Shown here: in pieces, positions 28,466 through 36,591 of the stretch
Position numbering within the stretch: position 1 is the stretch's first letter
How the letters are laid out: each line of letters starts with the position of its first letter
Source: Pyrinomonadaceae bacterium
GTDB lineage: Bacteria; Acidobacteriota; Blastocatellia; Pyrinomonadales; Pyrinomonadaceae
DNA: 64,000 bases
Assembly (NCBI GenBank): GCA_035317005.1
Contig: DATHHW010000137.1
Location: 384-64,383, forward strand
Direction of reading: 5' to 3'
Program-made: the position numbers and the translations under genes
The notes under the pieces: model-generated
What the model saw: the letters and a program-made list of their open reading frames with translations, nothing else
What the model was told of the DNA's origin: nothing
Database searches by the model: none

Positions 28466-29118
28466 GAAAGGATGTGTTCGTTTACTGTCAACGCCGCTTT
28501 CTTTGACGTAGGCAACTTCTTCGCCCTAATCGTGACTTCGAGCTGCCCGCCACTGCCCGGATTCACGAATGCAAGTTTCAGACGGCCGTCAGCTTCCGAC
28601 AAGACCTGCGTCGCCACCGAACATGAAACGATTTCGTACCCAGCGGGCAACACGATGCTGTCGCGTGGTATTCCGAGGGGCCGTTTGAAAACGATCTGAT
28701 CGCCCTCGATGTAGTAGCTCTTGTCGTCCTTGTAAGTTTTGATAATGGCCAGGCGATATTCGCCGCGATCTGAAACTGGGTGCGCCAGATGTACCTTAAT
28801 GTAATGGGACGTGGGACTGAAGTTCTCAGCCGGCGAATCAGTTTTGGCTTGGACGCCGGTTACGACTTCGATTTTCAGGGGCTTGCCGGTCGCCAGATCG
28901 ATAACCGATTCATCGGACGCCTCGCTCCCTTCGCGAATCTGGTTGAAGTGATAACGCGCGCCCGCGCGCGTCTCACTCACTTCGTAATAGATCTTGAATT
29001 GATGAGTGTCGGGCGCCAGCAATTCGTAGCGCGTGTAGGTGTCGGCGGAAATGTATTGGGCGGACGCCAGGCTGCATGAAGCAATGAAGCATACGAAGGC
29101 AATTAGCTTATTGAACAT
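28381..29118 (-). CDS. Secreted hypothetical protein with a repeat-derived C-terminal tail
   Basis: Signal peptide MFNKLIAFVCFIASCSLASAQ (start set at 29118). Paralogous to the adjacent pseudogene. The last ~29 codons are encoded by the family I repeat. Confidence 0.7.
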   Translation of the reverse strand: MFNKLIAFVCFIASCSLASAQYISADTYTRYELLAPDTHQFKIYYEVSETRAGARYHFNQIREGSEASDESVIDLATGKPLKIEVVTGVQAKTDSPAENFSPTSHYIKVHLAHPVSDRGEYRLAIIKTYKDDKSYYIEGDQIVFKRPLGIPRDSIVLPAGYEIVSCSVATQVLSEADGRLKLAFVNPGSGGQLEVTIRAKKLPTSKKAALTVNEHILSLAPRFSEVTMVGGKLNNRFNGFRVQSH

Positions 29119-29228
29119 TTGCGTTAGCGGCTGCATCAGGATTTGCGCGAATCCTACCAGCGTCAATAGAGGGATGATAAACTGATTTGAGTTTATCGTC
29201 AGTCAGAAAGCGTCCCGAAGCGAGCCGG

Positions 29229-29747
29229 ATGGAAAAGGTAATTGAAATACTAAACCGCATGCAAGCCGATGGCGTGTTCGAGAAATTCGCAATCGGCGGA
29301 GGGATAGCGGCGATCTATTATCTGGAACCCTACCAAACAGACGATATCGATGTCTTTATCTCGCCTGTATTGGTTGGCCAAAGCGGTTTGGTATCGCTTG
29401 AGCCAATATATTCCTATCTGGAGAAGCTGGGTTACTTGCCAGTTAAAGAAGGTGTGCTGATCGAAGATTGGCCGGTCCAGTTCGTGCCGACATTCGCCGC
29501 CGTGCAGGAGGAAGCAATTGCCCGGGCGCGGCGCGTCGAGTACGGAGGGACTCACACATTCATCTTTTCCGCGGAACATCTTGGCGCCGAGCTGCTCCGC
29601 TCGGGGAGACTCAAGGATCAGGTGCGAGTGATCGATTTGATCGAATCGAAAAAAATGGACATGAACGTGTTTCGCGATATCATTAGCCGCCATGGCTTGA
29701 CGGAGAAGTGGAAAGAGCTTGTTACGCGTTACGAGTTGGAGGAGTGA
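29229..29747 (+). CDS. Minimal pol-beta-fold nucleotidyltransferase (MNT-like)
   Basis: AIGGGIAAIYYLEPYQTDDIDVFIS fits the hG[GS]-x(9-13)-DxD NTase signature. The start is ATG 29229 or TTG 29187 (uncertain). The stop overlaps the next start by 1 nt. Confidence 0.65.
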   Translation: MEKVIEILNRMQADGVFEKFAIGGGIAAIYYLEPYQTDDIDVFISPVLVGQSGLVSLEPIYSYLEKLGYLPVKEGVLIEDWPVQFVPTFAAVQEEAIARARRVEYGGTHTFIFSAEHLGAELLRSGRLKDQVRVIDLIESKKMDMNVFRDIISRHGLTEKWKELVTRYELEE

Positions 29748-30493
29748 TGAGTAGCAAAACATTCGATCTGACCAAGATGACCGTCGAGGATCTCTTTCGC
29801 GCGAAGAAGGAGCGGCGGCAGCGTCTCGCCAACCTGCCTTTTCAAGAGAAGATTGAGATCGTTAAGAAGCTCCAAGCCGTCGCACGTACGATTCGGGCGT
29901 CGAGGCGCAAAGTTCGGCGGACGATGACGAACGAGAAAAATGTTTTTGCGTCGTTTCTGGAAGTTCTTCGAGACTTTGCTGGTGAGCCAGTCAAAGAATG
30001 GGATGTGGTTGAGGAATGGTACGTCAATCGTGCGCTCACTCCGCCTGCCGTGCCCTATGACAAACGGCCGGACGTCATCTGCGTCACCTCGTCTGGGAGA
30101 AAGATTGGTGTTGAGCTTAAGAGTTGGCTAAACGAAGAACAGATAGCAGAAGCTCGAAGCCGTCCCGACCATCAGTGGGTTCAGTCTCCTACGCCTGTTG
30201 GGTTTTATGGTGATGAAATGCTGGAGACACTAAGCAAATCCCTTGTTGCTCATACGGGGGATGCTCGCTACAAAGACCTTGGAAAGCTGATTGGGCTTGA
30301 TGAAGTCTATTTGCTTGTTCACTACGACTTCAAGTCCTTTGCTTACAACACACCATTTGATGCTCCTGGTTTTGGCTTCAAAGAAGCGGCGGAATCCGCG
30401 TCCCGCGTACTCGGGGGCGATGGTGGCTATTTCGACCGAATCTTTCTTTTCCACTTCTTGTGGGGCGAGGAAAAGGCCTACAGAATCCTATAG
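29747..30493 (+). CDS. Hypothetical protein with basic helical N-terminus and putative PD-(D/E)xK nuclease core
   Basis: ATG 29747 overlaps the upstream TGA (TGATG), with GGAGGAG upstream. RPDVICVTSSGRKIGVELKSW fits PD-x13-E-x-K. The fold is inferred from the motif only. Confidence 0.55.
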   Translation: MSSKTFDLTKMTVEDLFRAKKERRQRLANLPFQEKIEIVKKLQAVARTIRASRRKVRRTMTNEKNVFASFLEVLRDFAGEPVKEWDVVEEWYVNRALTPPAVPYDKRPDVICVTSSGRKIGVELKSWLNEEQIAEARSRPDHQWVQSPTPVGFYGDEMLETLSKSLVAHTGDARYKDLGKLIGLDEVYLLVHYDFKSFAYNTPFDAPGFGFKEAAESASRVLGGDGGYFDRIFLFHFLWGEEKAYRIL

Positions 30494-30521
30494 GTAAGAA
30501 TTTCTGCGAAGCACGGTAGGC

Positions 30522-31403
30522 TTATGCCGTAATGGGTCTGAGTTCCGCGTATTGATTCTTATTTGCCCGGGCGGCGTCGCGCAAATCCACCGCCTCCTGC
30601 AAATTCATCCAGATGTCTGGCGTAGTCTTGAACACTCGCGACAAACGAATCGCGATGTCCGCCGTCATGTCGCGGCGTTCATTGATCAGCTCGTTCAAAT
30701 GATAATATTCTCCCGCTGGCGTTTCGAAGTGCCAGGCTTCCTTATTAACTGTTCGATCTCGGAGCTATAAGCATGAGAAAACTCTTACTGCCGTGTCTGC
30801 TCTTCCTTCTTTTGATCGTTTCCTTTCAAGGTACCAATTCCCAGTCTCAAGAGACACCGTGGAACGAGTCTTGTAGCACAAACGATTCGAGGCATTACTT
30901 AAACTCTAAATACATTACAAAGGGCGTATACGCGAATAAGAATCCTGATGCTGAACTGCTCGCTGATATTTGGCTCAAAATAGTTCCGCGCAGGGACACT
31001 GAGCAAGGGCGCACAGTATATCAAGAGCACCTCAAGCAATTAAAGAAAAAGGTAAAAGATAAGAGTCAAGCGTTTGCCTATCAGATGGCGAAGATCAGCT
31101 TTCACTGTGAATCTCGTCGGGTCAATGTGTGGGAGATGTGGGATTACGATTCTGATGGGAACATACTCTATAAATGGCCAAAGACCTGGCCCGGACTGTC
31201 AACCACCCTGTATGGTGACACGGTTGGGCCTGGCACAGCGAACGAATGCCTGTTAGATATTGTGTGCGAGGTTCTTAAAGCCAAAGACTCATCTCTTAAA
31301 GAAAAGCGTTGATTTCGCGAGACATCGCGCCGGGATGGGTTGGCCGCACTTTACGCTGTATGTTCTTTCCTGCATGGTCAATCTTTTTCAGTGATGGTTC
31401 TCA
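30522..31403 (-). pseudogene. Decayed higBA paralogue: higA 3' part (30522..30696) and higA 5' part plus higB stop remnant (31313..31403), with the centre replaced
   Basis: Nucleotide-level similarity to 11664..12030. 30522..30696 encodes NELINERRDMTADIAIRLSRVFKTTPDIWMNLQEAVDLRDAARANKNQYAELRPITA*. The 5' piece is frameshifted. About 90 bp of HTH-coding sequence is missing and is replaced by 616 bp. Confidence 0.8.
30773..31312 (+). CDS. Secreted hypothetical protein (possibly surface-adhesin-E-like) carried on the low-GC insert
   Basis: Signal peptide MRKLLLPCLLFLLLIVSFQGTNSQ. Visibly AT-rich, Lys/Asn/Tyr-rich coding. ISFHCESRRVNVWEMWDYDSDGNILY resembles the Adhesin_E-type core (weak). Confidence 0.6.
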   Translation: MRKLLLPCLLFLLLIVSFQGTNSQSQETPWNESCSTNDSRHYLNSKYITKGVYANKNPDAELLADIWLKIVPRRDTEQGRTVYQEHLKQLKKKVKDKSQAFAYQMAKISFHCESRRVNVWEMWDYDSDGNILYKWPKTWPGLSTTLYGDTVGPGTANECLLDIVCEVLKAKDSSLKEKR

Positions 31404-31412
31404 ACCGGCAAG

Positions 31413-32462
31413 TCATCGCGCCACCACCCCAACGTTCGCGATGGTCGCACCCTTAGTCATCGACGGCACTGCGCAAACGTACAAAATCACTCCGGCAACA
31501 GGAGCTCGTGCTTCAAACACAACGTTTCCTAAATAGTCCGTAACGTAACCAACCTTCATTCCCTGCTCGACGTAAGTCCCGCGTTTGACGAGCGGATAGA
31601 ACATGCCGGTTTGTTCGCTGGTTATCGTCACGACCTTCTCGATCCAGACTGGATGTTCGATCACTGACGGAGCACCAGGCAACATCTTCAGATAGCGCAT
31701 CACACCGAGGCACCCGTTCACCAGCGCATTGAGATCGTCCGTCTCGACCGTGCCGGCGTATCCCGCTTCGGCCGTAATCGATGGTTTGCCGCGCACGGTC
31801 GCAGTGTTTTCCAGATAGCGTGAAGCCTGCGGATCTTTGGGCCGGTCAGTCGAGATGATGATGTGATCGAGACCAAAGGCCAAAACCATCTCGCGAGAGA
31901 TCTGATCCTGCTTTTCATTCCCCGTCTTCGTCCAGTAACTGTAAGGCCGCAGGCTTTCATCGAGATCGCCGCCGTGCAGATCGATCAAATAATCGCACTG
32001 CTCTACCACTTGTTTGGTGATCAGGAATGAAGCGCGATCGGTCTGGGTGCCGTCCATCTTGCCGGGGTACCAACGGTTCATGCTCTTGCGATCCACCGGA
32101 TTGAGGTGCGGCACTTTCTGCTCGAACGATTGAATGTTGATGAGCGGAACCACGATCACCGTGCCGGAAATCTCCGCCGGGTTGAGCATGCCGATCAACT
32201 TCTCGAGCGCGATGATCGAAGTGTACTCAGTCCCATGCGAGCCGGCTACCAGCGCCAGCACCGGCCCGGGCTTCGCGCCATGAAAGACAGCCACAGGAAT
32301 GCTCAGGGCCGCGTCGCTCCCGGCCGGAACCTCAATCGTGCCGGTAGCCTTCTGCCCGCGTGCGGCGGTTGCGGTGCCCACAGTAAGCGTGGTCCGTTCC
32401 TGGGCGTCAGCTGCACCGACAAATAAAAATGCGAGTATGGCAGTGGCAATCAAGCGTGGCAT
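31413..32462 (-). CDS. Succinylglutamate desuccinylase/aspartoacylase (AstE/AspA, M14-like) family protein, secreted
   Basis: GSHGTEYTS (H-x-x-E zinc site) and DLHGGD motifs. N-terminal signal peptide. Confidence 0.8.
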   Translation of the reverse strand: MPRLIATAILAFLFVGAADAQERTTLTVGTATAARGQKATGTIEVPAGSDAALSIPVAVFHGAKPGPVLALVAGSHGTEYTSIIALEKLIGMLNPAEISGTVIVVPLINIQSFEQKVPHLNPVDRKSMNRWYPGKMDGTQTDRASFLITKQVVEQCDYLIDLHGGDLDESLRPYSYWTKTGNEKQDQISREMVLAFGLDHIIISTDRPKDPQASRYLENTATVRGKPSITAEAGYAGTVETDDLNALVNGCLGVMRYLKMLPGAPSVIEHPVWIEKVVTITSEQTGMFYPLVKRGTYVEQGMKVGYVTDYLGNVVFEARAPVAGVILYVCAVPSMTKGATIANVGVVAR

Positions 32463-32533
32463 AGATTCCTCCGGATTCGAATCACTGTGGCGGTGAATTT
32501 CAGGGCGTCATTTACTTCTGCAAACGCGTCGCG

Positions 32534-35065
32534 CTACTGCGACAATCCCACGCGCCGCAGCCGCTCCGCAAAGCGCGGGTCCGAACGAAGCGGGTCCCAA
32601 ATCGGATTCACTTTGAGATAGATGAGCGGACCAAAGCGCCCATCAAGGGCCTGATCGAGCCACTTAAACGCCTCATCTTTGTTGCCCAGACTCGCCTGCA
32701 CGGCCGAGAACCAGTGCGGAGAAACATAATGATCCTTTGACAGTTCCAACAGTTCACTCATCGCCTTTTGAGCTTCGGGCTTGCGCCCGCATGCCGCGTA
32801 CTCCTGCGCGAGCCAGCCTAACCCCTCGATCGCCGGGACCATCCTTTGGGCTTTTAGGGCTTCATCAATCCCTTCGTCGCACCGGCCTTTTTGAATCAGC
32901 GCGCGGCCCAACAACCAATGCGCCCGCACAAAGCTCGGATCCATATCGATGGCCTTTTTCAGTTGAGCAATCGCTTCATCAGGGCGCCGCGCAAAATAAT
33001 AATACTCGCCATGATCGGTCTGAAAGATCAGCGACAGCGGATCGATCTCTTCCGCTTTCTTGATCTCTGCGATGGCCGCTTCAGTGCGGCCCGACGAGAT
33101 CAAAAGGTAAGCATACCCATGATGCGGAGTCGCATAGTTGGGATTTAGGTCGATAGCTTTTTTGTATTCTTGCTCGGCTCCAACCCAATCCCAGTCGTAA
33201 TAAAGCTTGACGTAGGCAAGCGACGTGTGTGCTTCCGACAGGGAATTATCAATCTCAATTGCTTTGCCGGCGGCCTGCTTCGCTAAAGGAAAGACATCGC
33301 CCGGCGGCCGAATACCCTGACTACTGAGAAAACTGTAGCAGTCGGCGAGTCCCGTGTAGGCGAGCGCATAGTTTGGATCTTTTTCTATAGCTTGCCGGAA
33401 ATAGTCAATCGCCTTTTTATAGCTCTCTTCGGTGCGCTTATTCCAATAAAAGCGGCCCTTCAAATACAGTTGAAAGGCTTCGGGATTTTCCGTGAAGTGT
33501 TTCATCATGCGATTGTGCTCTTCGCCAGAGATTTTCAACCGCAGGTTGTTCGCGATCTGACCGGCGATATCACGTTGCAGCGACATCAGGTCTGAGGCCT
33601 TGCGCTGGTACTGTTCACCCCAAACTTGCTTGTTATCGCGCACGTCCACCAACTCAGTACTGATGTTGAGATCGTCGCCACGCTGCATAATGCGCCCCAC
33701 GAGCACAGCTCGCACGCCCAGCTCTTTGCCGATGACCAAAGGATCAGTCTCTTTGCCTTTGTAGCGAAAGACAGAACTGCGCGCGATCACTCGCAGATTT
33801 GGCAGCTGGGCCAGGCTGTTAATAATGCTTTCCGTTAAACCATCCGAGAGATACTCAGCATTGGGATCGCCGTTCTGGTTTATGAAAGGAAGAACGGCAA
33901 TTGATTCGATAGCTACTTCGGTGTTGCGCGCGTGCAAATAATAGGCGAGCCCGATGACGCCGATGACCAGCATAACACCGGCAACGATTACTCCGAGTTT
34001 GTGTTGTTTGATTCCAGAGACGAGATACTCAGCGCTCGAGGCGCGCGTGGTGGGAGCACCGCCTTCGAGACTGTTTGGAGTTCCGCCTTTAGGCGGCGAG
34101 GCCTGCGCGCTGGATGTATCTCCGCCTGTAGAAGGTACTCCGAACTTTTCCGAGGGCGGCGGAGGCACGGTTGTATCGACCCCGGCACTGTCCTTGAGTT
34201 CGCGCCTTACTTCCTTTAGCTCGATCGCCACGTCTTTGATTGTTTGATAACGCTCATCAGGATCTTTCGCGAGGCAACGACGCACGACGCGTTGCAGGTC
34301 GGCGGGCGCCAGGGGATTGAGATCGCTAATCGGCGCAACCGGTTCGCGAATGATTTTGTTGAGAGAGTCGATCGCATCTTTGCCCTCGAAAGCCCTCTGG
34401 CCCGTCACCGCCTCAAACAGGATGCAGCCGAACGAGAAGATGTCTGAGCGTTGATCCACCACCTGGCCCTGTGCCTGCTCGGGCGACATGTAACCCACCG
34501 TGCCGAGAATCATGCCGGGCTTTGAATGCTGTTGCAGGATCGCGGTCGCAATGTCGCTGCTGCCAGTGCCTGAGATCCGTTGTGGCTCGACCAGTTTTGC
34601 CAGTCCGAAATCGAGAACCTTTGCGTGGCCGTCGCGGGTGATCATGACGTTATCGGGCTTCAGATCACGATGCACGATTCCCACCGAGTGAGCTTTCGCC
34701 AAACCCTCCGCCGCATGCTGCAGATATCTCAGCAACCTCCCCAGATCGATCTGGCTGCCGTGAATCAATTCTCGCAACGTTTGGCCATCGATGAACTCCA
34801 TCGCGATAAAGTGCAAACCATCGGTCTCGCCGATCTCGTAGATGTGCGCGATACTCGGATGATTGAGCGCCGCGGCGGCCTTCGCCTCCTGCACGAAGCG
34901 CCGCATGCGCTCCTGATCAGAAGCCACTTCAGCCGGAAGAATCTTGATGGCGATCTTGCGATTCAGCTTCGAATCTTCCGCCAGATACACTTCGCCCATT
35001 CCGCCCTCGCCAATCTTCGAGCGGATTTCGTAGCGCCCGAGTTTTGTTCCGGCGGCTAGACTCAT
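32534..35065 (-). CDS. Ser/Thr protein kinase with TM helix, periplasmic TolB-N-like module and TPR repeats
   Basis: GEGGMGEVY, HRDLKPDN, DFG, SPEQ. TM segment LGVIVAGVMLVIGVIGLAYY. IAVLPFINQNGDPNAEYLSDGLTESII. C-terminal TPR-like repeats ending in RFAERLRRVGL. Confidence 0.85.
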   Translation of the reverse strand: MSLAAGTKLGRYEIRSKIGEGGMGEVYLAEDSKLNRKIAIKILPAEVASDQERMRRFVQEAKAAAALNHPSIAHIYEIGETDGLHFIAMEFIDGQTLRELIHGSQIDLGRLLRYLQHAAEGLAKAHSVGIVHRDLKPDNVMITRDGHAKVLDFGLAKLVEPQRISGTGSSDIATAILQQHSKPGMILGTVGYMSPEQAQGQVVDQRSDIFSFGCILFEAVTGQRAFEGKDAIDSLNKIIREPVAPISDLNPLAPADLQRVVRRCLAKDPDERYQTIKDVAIELKEVRRELKDSAGVDTTVPPPPSEKFGVPSTGGDTSSAQASPPKGGTPNSLEGGAPTTRASSAEYLVSGIKQHKLGVIVAGVMLVIGVIGLAYYLHARNTEVAIESIAVLPFINQNGDPNAEYLSDGLTESIINSLAQLPNLRVIARSSVFRYKGKETDPLVIGKELGVRAVLVGRIMQRGDDLNISTELVDVRDNKQVWGEQYQRKASDLMSLQRDIAGQIANNLRLKISGEEHNRMMKHFTENPEAFQLYLKGRFYWNKRTEESYKKAIDYFRQAIEKDPNYALAYTGLADCYSFLSSQGIRPPGDVFPLAKQAAGKAIEIDNSLSEAHTSLAYVKLYYDWDWVGAEQEYKKAIDLNPNYATPHHGYAYLLISSGRTEAAIAEIKKAEEIDPLSLIFQTDHGEYYYFARRPDEAIAQLKKAIDMDPSFVRAHWLLGRALIQKGRCDEGIDEALKAQRMVPAIEGLGWLAQEYAACGRKPEAQKAMSELLELSKDHYVSPHWFSAVQASLGNKDEAFKWLDQALDGRFGPLIYLKVNPIWDPLRSDPRFAERLRRVGLSQ

Positions 35066-35189
35066 TTACTTCCTTCCCACGGGTCGGCTCTAAAGAAGAA
35101 ACTCAACTCTGCGCTTAACTGGAATTCAAGATCAGAAATTCGCTGGGGATTCTATCCGAGTTGGTAGGTGTGGGCTAGGTTTAAGTGGA

Positions 35190-35415
35190 GTTAGGGTTAG
35201 CCCGATTCATCGGGCTTTCCCACAGGGTTACCAGGCGAGCGCTTTAGCGCTGGGTCTGCGAGGTGATTTCAAATAGCGCGCTTCAGCGTGCTTACCCGCG
35301 TAAAGCGGGGAGAAGCCCGCTGAAGCCGCCTCGAACAATTCATGGCGAATCGCAACCAGCCGTAAAACGGCTGCTCTAATAACCCCACGGCGAAAGCCGC
35401 GCGAACGCGGCTCAA
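35190..35415. repeat. Array of about seven short GC-stem tetraloop-type hairpins
   Basis: agcccgattcatcgggct, cagcgctttagcgctg, gcgcttcagcg, cccgcgtaaagcgggg, cagccgtaaaacggctg, gccgcgcgaacgcggc lie in a 470-bp intergenic region. Confidence 0.65.
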
Positions 35416-35538
35416 ATGGTGCTTAGCGCATCTTCGAGTTACGCTCCCGGGCCGCTTTCAGTGACTCAGCCGACGTACTGGACACACCTGCTGCTCACCA
35501 AAACTTAAACACCACTCACTTCGTTTCGCGTTGCGATT

Positions 35539-36453
35539 CTACTTCGCGGCCGGCTTCGCTATCGGAGTGCCCACGTGCAACAAGGCCACCCACTTGCCGT
35601 TGCGATTCGCCCAGATGCTGGTGTGGCGTTCCGTGTCCCACTTCGGATCGCTTGGCTTCACCAGGTAAGTGACGAGCGCCGCGTCGTTATCCAGTCTGGC
35701 GGATTTCCATTCGCTCAATTCAAACTTGGTCGCGTCAAACCCCTCCACGCTTTTGACTGCTCCAGCCTTGTCATAGACGCCCGTCGATTCCAGTTCGACG
35801 AACGCGGGGTCCAGCACCGCCGCGAACGCGTCGTAGTTCTTAGTCTTGAAGGTGTCCCAAACGATCTTCTCGTTGGCGATTGGATCGGATCCGGTCTCTG
35901 CTGGTTTGGCGAGCGGAGTGGCGGGCGCCTTTTCCGGTTTGCTCGGGCTTGCGGCTGGTGGCGGCGGCATCGGCTTCACCGGAGTCTGCTGGTAATAGAA
36001 CGCCAGCCATTTTCCGTCACGGTTTACCCAGGCAGCAGCGGCGCGATACGGACCCGGCGGTATGTCTTTGCCCTTGTACGTGGCCTTGACGGTCACGCTG
36101 TAAGTAAGAATCACGGCATCGTTATCGATCGGCAGCATCTTCCAATCGGAGAGCGCGATGTCCGTGGGAATAAAGTCCTTTACGTCGGCGACTATGCCGG
36201 CCTTGTCAAAGTTACCTTCATCTGTGACCTCGATGTAATCGCTGGCCAACATGTCTCCAAACGCGGCGTAATCTTTTTTCTTGAGCGTTTCCCATGCCGC
36301 CTTTTCTTTAACAATCATGTCGGCTTCGGACGGGGCAGCCGTTTTCGCAGCCGTCATCTTCGCATTTGAGTTCGTGCCTGTGTTCATTGATGGCTGATTG
36401 GTGCAAGCGGCCGCAACCAGCAGAAAAGAAACGAGCGCAAGAATCTTCTTCAT
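35539..36453 (-). CDS. Lipoprotein with two NTF2-like (DUF4440/SnoaL-like) domains joined by a Pro-rich linker
   Basis: Lipobox LVAAAC. Internal duplication (KEKAAWETLKKKDYAAFGDMLASDYIEV versus NEKIVWDTFKTKNYDAFAAVLDPAFVEL). The two halves end in WVNRDGKWLAFYYQQTP and WANRNGKWVALLHVGTP. Confidence 0.75.
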   Translation of the reverse strand: MKKILALVSFLLVAAACTNQPSMNTGTNSNAKMTAAKTAAPSEADMIVKEKAAWETLKKKDYAAFGDMLASDYIEVTDEGNFDKAGIVADVKDFIPTDIALSDWKMLPIDNDAVILTYSVTVKATYKGKDIPPGPYRAAAAWVNRDGKWLAFYYQQTPVKPMPPPPAASPSKPEKAPATPLAKPAETGSDPIANEKIVWDTFKTKNYDAFAAVLDPAFVELESTGVYDKAGAVKSVEGFDATKFELSEWKSARLDNDAALVTYLVKPSDPKWDTERHTSIWANRNGKWVALLHVGTPIAKPAAK

Positions 36454-36591
36454 GATCGAGGGACTCCTTAAGGACCGAGACTTTGAAAAACGTGTGACGT
36501 GCTTCTATGCCAAAACGGGGAGTATAGTCAAGGGTGAGAGAAGCCATGAGACATAATAGGTCGGATAAGTCCCAGAGGTCCTATCACGCTT

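Noticed and set aside
35575-36369. 264-aa ORF antisense to the NTF2-like lipoprotein gene
   Set aside because: It is a shadow ORF. The minus-strand product has a lipobox, an internal duplication and sensible composition; the plus-strand product does not.
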